From NCBI GenBank assembly GCA_964430265.1, contig CAYSEI010000003.1, forward strand, positions 1,070 through 65,069: a stretch of DNA of 64,000 nt, written 5' to 3'. Positions within the stretch are counted from its first letter, which is position 1; each line of letters opens with the position of its first letter. The notes beneath the pieces were generated by a model that saw nothing but the letters and a program-made list of their open reading frames with translations, made no database searches and had not been told where the DNA came from. Positions 37,486-49,510 of the stretch are shown here, one piece after another. A program made the translations under genes and the position numbers. The DNA is from an uncultured Pseudomonadales bacterium. Lineage in GTDB: Bacteria; Patescibacteriota; Microgenomatia; UBA1400; CAYXSR01.

Positions 37486-39621
37486 TCAGGTGTCAGCTGC
37501 AACTGACGGAAGAGTAAAGTAAAAAGTGGCTCCTTTTTTTGGCTCAGAATTAACACCTATTTTTCCACCCATACGTTCAATAAAAAGTTTGGAAATATAC
37601 AAGCCTAATCCTGTCCCGCTTTTTTTATCATCTTCCGAGGTTTCCAAACGCGAGAATTTTTTAAATAATTTACTTTGTGCTTCTTTATTAATACCCGGAC
37701 CTGTATCTTCCACTTCCACCTTGACTTTATTTTTCTTTTTAAAACAGCAGACAATAACTTTGCCTTTATCAGTATATTTAATTGCGTTACTTACTAGATT
37801 AATTATTACCTCCTTAATTTTGTCCAAATCAGCTTCAACTATACACTCGTTTTTATTACCGTTAGTATATTTTAATTCCAAATCTTTTTGTTTGGCTTCT
37901 ATTTGAAAACGATCAACAATTTCTTTACAGACTTCTTCCAAATTAAATTTAGAAACCTCTAAATCCAACCGTCCTGATTCAATCCGGGAAACGTTAAGCA
38001 TGTTATTAACCAGTCTAATCATTCTTTGTGCCCCCTGGGAAGCATCATCAATCAGTTTCTCTGCTTGCTCTGGCAAATCACCTGCATCACCATCTGCTAA
38101 CATGGATAAATATCCATTAATAATGGTTAAAGGTGAACGCAGTTCGTGTGAGGCCATGGAAACAAAATCATCCTTAAGTTGTGAAACTTGTTTAAGCTTT
38201 TTATTTGCTTTCTGTAATTCTTGTGTTGCTTCATTTACTTCTTTTTCTAAAGTTTGGCTAAACTTTTTAATCTCCTCAAAAGATAATGCGTTTTGTACAG
38301 CAACAGCAATTTCCGGAACCATAATCATCAAAGCTTCTATATCCTTTTCAAAATATATATCTCCTGACAATTTATGGTCTAAAATCAAAAGCCCCACATT
38401 GTTTTTTTCAACTCTAAGAGGGAAAATAAAGCCGGCATTGTGTTTACGCATCCACTCTTTTAATTTACTTTCTTCCATTTCATCAAATATAAAAGGACCT
38501 TTTCTTTTAAGAAACTGCAAAATTTGAGAATATTTAAGGTTATTGAAGCTCATTTTATTTTTATATACATGTTTTATTTCTCCCTTTTTAACCACCACAA
38601 TTGCACCTTCTTTTATCTTCATCTCTTTTAAAATAGTTTCCAAGGCTTTGGGAGCAATTTTATTTAGATCCAAGGAAGAACTTAAATAACCACCGACCTT
38701 GTTTAATAATTTTTCCGTCTCATAGCGATCTTTGAAAAATATGTCGTCTGTAATTCCCTCAAGATAACGTCGTAAAGGTTGAAAAGTTAGTGCAATTAAA
38801 AAAGCTAAACCTCCATTAATCAGCATTTGTTGTGTTCGTACAATTTCACCCGTCAGAAAATAACTGATACCAAAGATCACTACAATATAGAATGCTTCTA
38901 ATGTAGTTAAAAGCAGTGCCCAAGAAACAGTTTTTGCAACAACTAATCTAATATCAAAAAGACGGTGTTTAATAATTGCATAAGTAACAAAACCAACCAA
39001 AACCAAAGAAAAAGTGGGACCTAAAAACATAAATCTGGATGTCTGTAAAAGAAACAAAAACACGAAATTAGTTAAAGCACCAAAAAGAAAAGTTGCTATT
39101 ATTCCGGCAATAAAAAACTTAAGCTGTGTTTTTTTTAATCCCCTTGCTTGCAAAAATCGTTTGATTAAAACAATACAAGCTGCAATAAAATAACCGATTA
39201 AAGTAATTGCGTATAAGACTATCGCTGGCCCTGGACTAGGTTGAATATTTCCAGACTGAAAAGAAACTGAAAAAAACATAAAAGGAGTAAATGTTGAAAT
39301 AGCTGTTAAGAAGGTTAAGAAACTTAATATAAAAGTCCAAGATTTTCTAAGTTCTAATTTGTCCTCGGGGAAAGTTTCTGCAAGAAACAAAAGCAAAAGT
39401 CCTGCCGGCGAAGTAACAAACATCACCATTCTGATCCAAAAAAGAGTTTGTTCTGGGGTCTGTGAAAAAAGAGAAAAATAGTTTGCTATTGACCAACTTC
39501 CAAAACAAACAGTAAGTGCAGATAATAATCTATGGGAGGCACCTTTGGGATTTTTTAAAAATACAAAAATACCTAAAATAAAATTAAAAAAGGCAGTTAA
39601 TAAAGAAATAACAAGTTCCAT
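37486..39621 (-). CDS. Sensor histidine kinase: N-terminal multi-TM (HisKA_7TM/LuxN-like) + GAF + HisKA + HATPase
   Basis: ASHELRSPL, NLVSNAIKYT, DTGPGI and GTGLGL boxes; about 9 hydrophobic helices ending YAIIKHRLFDI. Confidence 0.92.
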   Translation of the reverse strand: MELVISLLTAFFNFILGIFVFLKNPKGASHRLLSALTVCFGSWSIANYFSLFSQTPEQTLFWIRMVMFVTSPAGLLLLFLAETFPEDKLELRKSWTFILSFLTFLTAISTFTPFMFFSVSFQSGNIQPSPGPAIVLYAITLIGYFIAACIVLIKRFLQARGLKKTQLKFFIAGIIATFLFGALTNFVFLFLLQTSRFMFLGPTFSLVLVGFVTYAIIKHRLFDIRLVVAKTVSWALLLTTLEAFYIVVIFGISYFLTGEIVRTQQMLINGGLAFLIALTFQPLRRYLEGITDDIFFKDRYETEKLLNKVGGYLSSSLDLNKIAPKALETILKEMKIKEGAIVVVKKGEIKHVYKNKMSFNNLKYSQILQFLKRKGPFIFDEMEESKLKEWMRKHNAGFIFPLRVEKNNVGLLILDHKLSGDIYFEKDIEALMIMVPEIAVAVQNALSFEEIKKFSQTLEKEVNEATQELQKANKKLKQVSQLKDDFVSMASHELRSPLTIINGYLSMLADGDAGDLPEQAEKLIDDASQGAQRMIRLVNNMLNVSRIESGRLDLEVSKFNLEEVCKEIVDRFQIEAKQKDLELKYTNGNKNECIVEADLDKIKEVIINLVSNAIKYTDKGKVIVCCFKKKNKVKVEVEDTGPGINKEAQSKLFKKFSRLETSEDDKKSGTGLGLYISKLFIERMGGKIGVNSEPKKGATFYFTLPSVAADT

Positions 39622-39662
39622 TATTTCTAGTCTATCATATTCAATAATAAAAAAAATACTTT

Positions 39663-40859
39663 TTAAGATAGTGCTGTCAAAACTGCTTCACCGATGTTCG
39701 GAGGAAAAAAATTTTTAACAAATTCTTGAACTTCTTTTCTTGAAGCTGACGATTCTAAGGGAGTAATTATAGCTCTTTCCGGAACCTTTTTATTTAAAAT
39801 ACATCTTTTTAAAAAGGCTGCTTCTGCTCCACTGGTAACACCTACAACTGAGCGCATCTGTGCAAAACTGCAAATTTCGCCTTTCATTTGCATTTCCAAA
39901 GACCTTAATAGTGAAGATGAAACATTTTCAATTCCCACACCTGCTGCAATAATAACAGGTAAAAGCGATTGTTGTTTTTCTTTGTCTTTTGACAACTCCA
40001 TCATTCTTTCCCTATTAAATCTTCCCAGTATTTTTTCTAGTCTACCGTGAAATACAGGCAAGTCTTGGTTTAAAGAAAATCTCTCAATATCAACAATTGC
40101 CCCTTGACCTTCCAAATTGGTTCCCATAACCACATCTTTGCCAAGCTCCCTAGAAATAACTCTTAGCCAAAGTTTTGTCAATCCATTATCACAAGCATCA
40201 ACAATATATTCTGCATTGTTAATAGCTTTTTCCATGTCTTCCGGCCTGAGATATTGTGCAAAAGGATGAATATTGGCTTCAGGAAAGATTTCCCAAGCTC
40301 TTTGTGCTGCAACAACAGCTTTTTCTTTTCCCTTATCTGCATTAGTAAAAACAGAACATCTGCCCAGATTTGAAGCCGCTACTTTATCTCCATCCCAAAT
40401 TTCTAAGCTTCCTTCCAGACCAATTCCAATTCCTTCCCTTACCAAACAATCCATAACTTCACTTCCCGTACTTGCACCCACTATAAGTACTTTTGCCGAT
40501 CCCAATTCTTGAACTTGCTCCCTGTTTGTCACTCCTTCATGGCGTGAAAGAACTAACCGCGCGTGTTCATTTCTTGGTAACAAATGATAAATTTCTTTTT
40601 TCCAAGGCAAATAAACCCATCTACCGATTTTTTCAGGACTTGTTCCGTTTTCCTGTGTAAACGCTTGCATTTCATCACGAGTCAAACACTCATCCAACTC
40701 TTTCAAATCCTGCTCCACGGTATCAAATACTTCAATCCTTGTTTTTTTTAAAAGTTCCGGTCTAAATTCAAGATCAGCAGCTTGCCTTATTATCGGTTTT
40801 TGATCCTCTAAACTTGTGTGTTCATGATTGATTACACCAGTTTGTTTTTCAGGACTCAT
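39663..40859 (-). CDS. ThiF/E1-like adenylyltransferase of the Rv1355c (MoeY) type, lacking the C-terminal nitroreductase domain
   Basis: RWVYLPW...HLLP signature, VLIVGASTGS, DGDKVAASNLGR, VDACDN and DIERF...PVFHG. Confidence 0.8.
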   Translation of the reverse strand: MSPEKQTGVINHEHTSLEDQKPIIRQAADLEFRPELLKKTRIEVFDTVEQDLKELDECLTRDEMQAFTQENGTSPEKIGRWVYLPWKKEIYHLLPRNEHARLVLSRHEGVTNREQVQELGSAKVLIVGASTGSEVMDCLVREGIGIGLEGSLEIWDGDKVAASNLGRCSVFTNADKGKEKAVVAAQRAWEIFPEANIHPFAQYLRPEDMEKAINNAEYIVDACDNGLTKLWLRVISRELGKDVVMGTNLEGQGAIVDIERFSLNQDLPVFHGRLEKILGRFNRERMMELSKDKEKQQSLLPVIIAAGVGIENVSSSLLRSLEMQMKGEICSFAQMRSVVGVTSGAEAAFLKRCILNKKVPERAIITPLESSASRKEVQEFVKNFFPPNIGEAVLTALS

Positions 40860-41551
40860 TTCTCTCCTTTAAAAACGTATAATTCAGGCTTACCCATAAT
40901 AAATTTTTTCCAGTATCCGGGAAAATTATCAAACAAAGTTTTCGCTTTAGGATCCTCTTCTTTTAAAAACATATTTTCTACTTTTTCTATTCTTACTCCC
41001 GAACTATCCACAAAAGCCGCTACTCCCGAAGGCATAATTGCATAAAGCATTTTAATTCCCTGTCTTTCTGCTATTTTTTCAGTTGCTCGATAAAGCATTA
41101 ATGTCATTTTTTGCTTAGTTTCCCTTGGAGTCCCCGGATCAAAAGCAAACTTGCCCAATTCTCCTATTTGACTGACATCTAATCCTTTTCTTTCATGCGG
41201 CCAGTTTCCTTGCACTCCTACCCAGTTTTGTGCGTCTATAGCTTGCCATTCTTCATTTCCTTTTGAACCCATAATCAGTCTTAGAGTCGCCTTTGTTTCA
41301 CCCCAAAAATTAGCAACTACTGTATGTGTTAATCCTTTTTGGTTGTAATAATCTTCACAAAGATAATTTTCAATTTCTTCTCTGCTTAGTTCTTTCCCTG
41401 TATAAGCAGAGTAGCCTGTAATTACCAGCTCCTGAACAGCACAATTTCTTTTTCCATTTTCAACACAGGCAGTGATAATTGGCTGGCCTTCCGGAGAAGT
41501 CCTGCTAATTTCAAAATATTCGTTGTGTCCTGGATTATGAAGTCTTTCCAT
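40856..41551 (-). CDS. GNAT-fold acyltransferase resembling N-acyl amino acid synthase FeeM / acyl-HSL synthases (start 41551 or TTG 41557)
   Basis: LVxxGY...EDYY...ATLRL...ELGKFAFDP...LMLYR...GIKMLYAIM pattern; ATGA overlap with the ThiF gene. Confidence 0.6.
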   Translation of the reverse strand: MERLHNPGHNEYFEISRTSPEGQPIITACVENGKRNCAVQELVITGYSAYTGKELSREEIENYLCEDYYNQKGLTHTVVANFWGETKATLRLIMGSKGNEEWQAIDAQNWVGVQGNWPHERKGLDVSQIGELGKFAFDPGTPRETKQKMTLMLYRATEKIAERQGIKMLYAIMPSGVAAFVDSSGVRIEKVENMFLKEEDPKAKTLFDNFPGYWKKFIMGKPELYVFKGEK

Positions 41552-41652
41552 CTTCAATAGGTTAACAAAAAAAATCCCGAAAATCTAGAGTTATTAGATA
41601 TATTCTAAAAGTAAAGCTTTCCCAGTTTAATAATCTTCTGATATAATAAGAA

Positions 41653-44339
<2,687 letters not shown>

Positions 44340-44342
44340 TTT

Positions 44343-44918
44343 TTAATCAAAATACTCGATTTTATGGAAGTCTATGCCAATGATTTCACAAGCATCCTGA
44401 TCGTGAACACTGTCACCCAGCATTAAATACTTGTCTTTGTTTGTTTTCGGATCATAGATAAGCTTAAAACCTTCAGGATTAGGTTTAATAAACTTGACAT
44501 TAGTACGGGTAACCAAAAATTCGAACTTATCAAAAAGATTATGATCCTTTAAAATTTGGGTTATTGTTGGTTGTGTATTTGATGACCAAATATACAATTG
44601 CTTCTTGTTTAATTTGACAATCATGTTTATTAATTCCGGATTTTTGTAATACCCTCTAAGTTTTTCTTGTTCAAAACGGGTGTTATTTTTTATAAACAAA
44701 TTTTTTGCAGCATCGCCAAATTCTTTAACATAATTATTTATTACAAGGCTTAAACGCATTTCCTTGTCAATATATTTTTTGTAGTATTTGGGGTTCCATT
44801 CAATAAGCTGTTTTTTTATTGGCTCTAACACTATATCCCAAGGTAAATCCAAATGAAAAAGTGTTTTGTCAAAATCAATAATCAAATGTGTTTTATTTGG
44901 ATATAAATCAATCAGCAT
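44343..44918 (-). CDS. HAD-superfamily hydrolase
   Basis: DFDKTL, WSSN, KPNP and GDSVHD motifs. Confidence 0.85.
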   Translation of the reverse strand: MLIDLYPNKTHLIIDFDKTLFHLDLPWDIVLEPIKKQLIEWNPKYYKKYIDKEMRLSLVINNYVKEFGDAAKNLFIKNNTRFEQEKLRGYYKNPELINMIVKLNKKQLYIWSSNTQPTITQILKDHNLFDKFEFLVTRTNVKFIKPNPEGFKLIYDPKTNKDKYLMLGDSVHDQDACEIIGIDFHKIEYFD

Positions 44919-44933
44919 ACTTTATATTTTAAC

Positions 44934-44976
44934 AAAAAAAGAGCGGACATAGATACATAAAGTTTCTAGTCCGCCC
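44934..44976 (-). terminator. Probable Rho-independent terminator
   Basis: GCGGAC.../...GTCCGC stem with a U7 tract on the minus strand, downstream of the RRM gene. Confidence 0.55.
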
Positions 44977-44989
44977 TATTTTCTAATTT

Positions 44990-45244
44990 TTATCTTTTCT
45001 TGGGTCTAGCTTCATTAACAACTAATTCTCTTCCTTCAAAATCTTTGCCGTTCAATTCATCAATTGCTTTTTGTGCTTCTTCATCTGAAGACATTTCAAC
45101 AAAACCAAATCCGCGTGAGCGACCGGTTTGTCTGTCTGTTATGACATTAGCACTTACCACACTGCCGAATTGAGCAAATAACTCTTCTAACTTGTCATTG
45201 GTTATTCCCCAATCAAGGTTTCCGATGTATAATTTTTTATTCAC
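44990..45244 (-). CDS. RRM RNA-binding protein
   Basis: RNP2 LYIGNL and RNP1 RGFGFVEM; GTG start with SD AAGGAGGTGA. Confidence 0.93.
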   Translation of the reverse strand: MNKKLYIGNLDWGITNDKLEELFAQFGSVVSANVITDRQTGRSRGFGFVEMSSDEEAQKAIDELNGKDFEGRELVVNEARPKKR

Positions 45245-45372
45245 TTAATTCACCTCCCTTATATTTTTGGAAAATCTTCTCTGAAGTACTGTTTTTCGAG
45301 GTTCAAAAGAAAAATTTATCCTAACTTAATTAACACCTGAATTATAACACTATCTACAGGGAAATAACAACA

Positions 45373-46500
45373 TCAATTAAAAATATACAAAATTGGGATC
45401 AGATCTGCAGTTACAAGAGTATATGTATTAATTAGTCCGGTAAATATCTGATATACAATCCCAATAACTATACTCATAAGCAAAAAGCTGGTTTTTTCTT
45501 TTGGCAGACTAACAGAAGTTAAAATCGCCAGTCCTGGCAAAGCCGGTAAAATATATCGCATTTGCGCAGAACCGCCTTGGACATGAAAAAAAGTCAACCC
45601 TATAAAAAAACTCAAATTCCAAATAATTATGCTTAAATACTTTTTTTTATTAATTTTTTTTAAGTTTAATATAAACAGATAGGATAATGGAGATAATAAA
45701 AGTGTTTGCGTAAAATAAAAGTAAAAGGGTCTATTGGCTGCCTTTTTAACAAAAGGAAACATTTCCTGGACAATCTTTCTGGTGTGGGTATTAGGAAAAA
45801 ATTGTCCGGTTTTACTCATATAATATAAAAACCAAAAAATAATCAAGGAAATTAAAAACATAAAGAGTAATATTTTAAAAATCTTTTGCTTGATTACTTT
45901 GTTACTCTGCCAAATATTAACTAAAATAGCCGGTAAAATAAATACAGCCGGTAATTTGGTAAATAAACTTAATAAAGAAAATAAACCACTTAAGAGTAAA
46001 AATTTGTATTCTTCTGATTTTAAAGAAAAATAAAAAGAAAGCGTAATTAAAAATGTTAAAAATGAATCAATCCACAGTTTACTTGAAACAAATAAATTAA
46101 CCGGACATATAGCCATAAAAAGCATTGCAAATAATGAATTATTTTTATTGGTTAATCGCTTGCTTATCTTAAAAACCAAGTATACTGTAGCTAAGGATGA
46201 AACAACAGGAACTAACATTAAGAATCTTTCTCCCCATATTTGATAAATTATTTTACCCAAATAAACAAAAAGAGGGGGGTGATGAAAAACAGAGTAATCA
46301 TATACAATTGCCGGTAATTTTTCTAAAATTACTGTATTTTGCAGGCTATATTTCTCTAATTGAAATTGATCCTTTTTTATTAGGGTAGTATAAATGACTT
46401 CATCGTTTTCAATATGGGAAGTAAAAAAGGTAGAAAGCCTAAAAATAAAGGAAATCAATAAAACCAGAAAGACAACAATCCGTATCTGTTTATTATTCAC
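45373..46500 (-). CDS. GT-C (PMT/ArnT-like, GT39/83) glycosyltransferase
   Basis: NDE acidic motif, HHPPLF, TKLP and MRYILP; multi-TM. Confidence 0.8.
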   Translation of the reverse strand: MNNKQIRIVVFLVLLISFIFRLSTFFTSHIENDEVIYTTLIKKDQFQLEKYSLQNTVILEKLPAIVYDYSVFHHPPLFVYLGKIIYQIWGERFLMLVPVVSSLATVYLVFKISKRLTNKNNSLFAMLFMAICPVNLFVSSKLWIDSFLTFLITLSFYFSLKSEEYKFLLLSGLFSLLSLFTKLPAVFILPAILVNIWQSNKVIKQKIFKILLFMFLISLIIFWFLYYMSKTGQFFPNTHTRKIVQEMFPFVKKAANRPFYFYFTQTLLLSPLSYLFILNLKKINKKKYLSIIIWNLSFFIGLTFFHVQGGSAQMRYILPALPGLAILTSVSLPKEKTSFLLMSIVIGIVYQIFTGLINTYTLVTADLIPILYIFN

Positions 46501-46543
46501 TTTATAATCTTAACATATCTTTTATTTATTATTTAAGTGATAT

Positions 46544-46572
46544 TTGACAATCCTTTTTTTTCTATTTATATT
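46544..46572 (+). promoter_or_regulatory. Sigma70-type promoter
   Basis: TTGACA, 17-nt spacer, TATATT upstream of the DUF4870 gene. Confidence 0.55.
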
Positions 46573-46604
46573 AATATTAATATTAATTGGTTTATAAGGA
46601 AAAA

Positions 46605-46955
46605 ATGTCAGAAGAAAAGAAAAAGTCGTCTTTAAATTTAGATTCAAATATTGCTGGAGCTTTAAGTTATGCTTTGGGACCAGTCACCGGAATTATTTTT
46701 TATATTTTGGAAGAAAAAGATAAATTTGTACGCTTTCATGCTTTACAATCAACCATTACTTTTGGCAGCCTTTTTGTTCTAAGGTTTGTTTTGCACGCTT
46801 TATCCTATCCATTCTGGGGAATAATGTCTTTATTACTTTCTGCCATAAACCTTGCCGGTTTGGTTCTTTGGGTAGTATTAATGGTCAAAGCATTTCAGAA
46901 TGAGAAATACAAACTTCCAGTTATTGGAGATCTAGCAGAAAAAAACATTAAATAA
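46605..46955 (+). CDS. DUF4870-family membrane protein
   Basis: NIAGALSY, FVRFHALQS and YKLPVIG motifs. Confidence 0.8.
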   Translation: MSEEKKKSSLNLDSNIAGALSYALGPVTGIIFYILEEKDKFVRFHALQSTITFGSLFVLRFVLHALSYPFWGIMSLLLSAINLAGLVLWVVLMVKAFQNEKYKLPVIGDLAEKNIK

Positions 46956-46957
46956 AT

Positions 46958-48145
46958 TTATTTTTCTTGTAAAGCTTTAATTCCTGGCAAAGTGCCTTTC
47001 TCAATATATTCAAGCATTGCCCCTCCACCAGTTGAAACATGATCTATAACGTCTAAATATTTTTTCTTTCTCAAGCAAGCCAGCGTGTCTCCGCCCCCGA
47101 CAATACTCATTGATTCGGGATTTTGGGCAATTGCATAATAAATAAATTCTGTTCCCTTGCTAAATTTTTCTTTTTCAAAAACACCCATCGGTCCGTTCCA
47201 AATAATTGTTCCAGCCTTGGAAATAATATTGCCAAATTCCGCTTGGGTTTTGGGTCCAATATCCAAAGCCTGCCAATCTTCTGGAATTTTATCTGAAGCA
47301 ACAACTCCGTCTTCCTTTTCTTTTTCCAAATCACCAAGAACAACATCCGTAGGTAGCATCATTGCTGTATTTCCCCTGGCAGCCTTCCAAAAAAGCATTT
47401 TAGCAGTTTCTTCCATTTCCCTATTTACCAATGACTTTCCTATCTCATAACCCCAGGCTTTTAAAAATGTATTAGCAACTCCACCGCCAACAAGACAATA
47501 ATCTGCTTTTTCCAAAAGTTTACCAATCAAAGTAATTTTTGTTTCGGCCTTAGCACCACCAATAATTGCTACCAAAGGCAGTTTTGGCTCATTAATTGCC
47601 CTATCAATTATTTTAATTTCTTTTTCCATTAACAAACCTGCCACACTGGGAAGAAAATGGTTTATACCTACAACTGAAGCATGCACACGATGAGAAACTC
47701 CAAAAGCGTCATTTACAAAAACCTCTGCAATTTGTGATAACTGTTTTGCAAATTCTTCTTTGTTTGCTCTTTCACCGAGATAAAAACGTACATTTTCCAT
47801 TAAAACTATACTCCCTGGTTTGTATTCTTTCAGTTTTTTTAGATTATCCTTTTTTGTATAATCTTCTGCAAAAAAATCAACTTTTTTATCCAATATCTTT
47901 TCCAAATGCTTTGCCACCGGCTCTAAAGTGTATTTAATATTTCTTTTCCCCTGCGGCCTACCAAAATGGGAGATTAAAAAGATTGTACAGTTCTGGTCAA
48001 GCAAATATTTAATTGTAGGTAGTGTTTGCTTTATCCGAAAATCATCAGCAATTTTCAGACCTTCTTCCATTGAAACATTATAGTCAACTCTTACTAGAAC
48101 TCTTTTATTTTTCAAATCGATGTTTTTAATGCTTTTTTTTGTCAT
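46958..48145 (-). CDS. pgk: Phosphoglycerate kinase
   Basis: RVDYNV, SHFGRP, WNGPMGVFE and STGGGA motifs. Confidence 0.96.
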   Translation of the reverse strand: MTKKSIKNIDLKNKRVLVRVDYNVSMEEGLKIADDFRIKQTLPTIKYLLDQNCTIFLISHFGRPQGKRNIKYTLEPVAKHLEKILDKKVDFFAEDYTKKDNLKKLKEYKPGSIVLMENVRFYLGERANKEEFAKQLSQIAEVFVNDAFGVSHRVHASVVGINHFLPSVAGLLMEKEIKIIDRAINEPKLPLVAIIGGAKAETKITLIGKLLEKADYCLVGGGVANTFLKAWGYEIGKSLVNREMEETAKMLFWKAARGNTAMMLPTDVVLGDLEKEKEDGVVASDKIPEDWQALDIGPKTQAEFGNIISKAGTIIWNGPMGVFEKEKFSKGTEFIYYAIAQNPESMSIVGGGDTLACLRKKKYLDVIDHVSTGGGAMLEYIEKGTLPGIKALQEK

Positions 48146-48154
48146 ATAATCCTT

Positions 48155-49474
48155 TTAATCGGCTAACCCTTTATCATTTTCTAGTTTAACATCTTCTACT
48201 AAAATTTTCTCTTTCTTAATGTTTTGCGGACAAACAACATCCTCAATTAGATCGCGAGTGTTAAATACATTAAGCTGCTTAAACATGAATGTAAATCTTT
48301 TTTCCAAGGATTTTCTGATTTCTCTTTTTATTTCTTCATTAATTGACCAACTTTCTTTTTTAAACTCACCCCAAACTTTTTTACGCAGTTTATAATGAAA
48401 CTGCTCCTCAGTCTGATCTTTTTTTCTTTCGTCTGACTTGTTTTTATCCAACCACTTATACATACTTTTCAAAAGCTTTTCTGGAAATAGAGGATGATCC
48501 ATAATAATATTTTGGAAACCTGTTGCCAAATGCACTTCAATTGCCTCAGCCTGAGGAAACTGCGCAAAATAATCGTCTGGTAAAGTTGAGGCTCCGTGCT
48601 GCACTGTTCCACCCATTCCCAATTCACGACTTACCTGTGCTAGTTTTTTTAAGGTATCAAAATCAACATCCACATCTGCCAAACTACCGTCTGGGAGAAC
48701 AATTCCTCCATGATGCGTCCCTGTTTGAATGGAGACCTTTGACAAACCAATATGTTTATTTTTCAAGTTCTCTTCAAATCCCCGTATATATGCACGTAAC
48801 TCTTCTTCGGTTGAATTCTTGCCACCAATATGACCAATCTCGCCGCCAAGAGAAATTGTAATTCCTTTTGGTCCAAGCTCTCGGCAATAATTCGCCAGTT
48901 CTGCAGAAACCAAATAATTTTCTTGCTGCTGTTTTTTAATTTCATCATAAGAATAATCAACTAGCGTTGAGGCATCAATATCAATGTTGTAAAAGCCCGC
49001 ATCTATTGCTTCTTTTATAAGCTTTTTAATTTCCTTTAGTTCACTTTGCTTGGTTTTGCCTTTTTTTGCTACTTTTAATTGAAAATGGTCCCCTTGAATA
49101 AATAGAGGTCCTGTAAATCCTTCTCTTACTGCAGCAGCGATTACCACTCCTGCATATTCATGCGGCGGCTGTCCTGTATATCCCATCTCTGATCGCGCCA
49201 GTTCCAAAATTAATGCACCGACTTGATTTTTGACAGCTGCTTTAAAAACTGCTCTTGCCATATCATAAGCCATTCCCCTTAAGTTAATTGCCGGAACAGT
49301 AAAATTAAGCGGTAGTTCTTCTTTTCCTCTAGCTAAATAAAAGTCATTTATTGACGCTGGTTTAACCCCAACTTCTTGGGCTTTATTCCAGATTTCCAAA
49401 AAAGCTTGTTCTTTTTTTTTGCCTTTATTAAATGCCAAATCCCATGCTAATTGGTCCATTTTATCTTTTATCAT
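48155..49474 (-). CDS. Class II fructose-bisphosphate aldolase
   Basis: QGDH, EIGHIG, GTHHGG and VQHGAS metal-binding motifs; lies between glpX and pgk. Confidence 0.82.
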   Translation of the reverse strand: MIKDKMDQLAWDLAFNKGKKKEQAFLEIWNKAQEVGVKPASINDFYLARGKEELPLNFTVPAINLRGMAYDMARAVFKAAVKNQVGALILELARSEMGYTGQPPHEYAGVVIAAAVREGFTGPLFIQGDHFQLKVAKKGKTKQSELKEIKKLIKEAIDAGFYNIDIDASTLVDYSYDEIKKQQQENYLVSAELANYCRELGPKGITISLGGEIGHIGGKNSTEEELRAYIRGFEENLKNKHIGLSKVSIQTGTHHGGIVLPDGSLADVDVDFDTLKKLAQVSRELGMGGTVQHGASTLPDDYFAQFPQAEAIEVHLATGFQNIIMDHPLFPEKLLKSMYKWLDKNKSDERKKDQTEEQFHYKLRKKVWGEFKKESWSINEEIKREIRKSLEKRFTFMFKQLNVFNTRDLIEDVVCPQNIKKEKILVEDVKLENDKGLAD

Positions 49475-49510
49475 TTTCCCTCCTAATTAAAATTATTCTT
49501 TATATAGATA

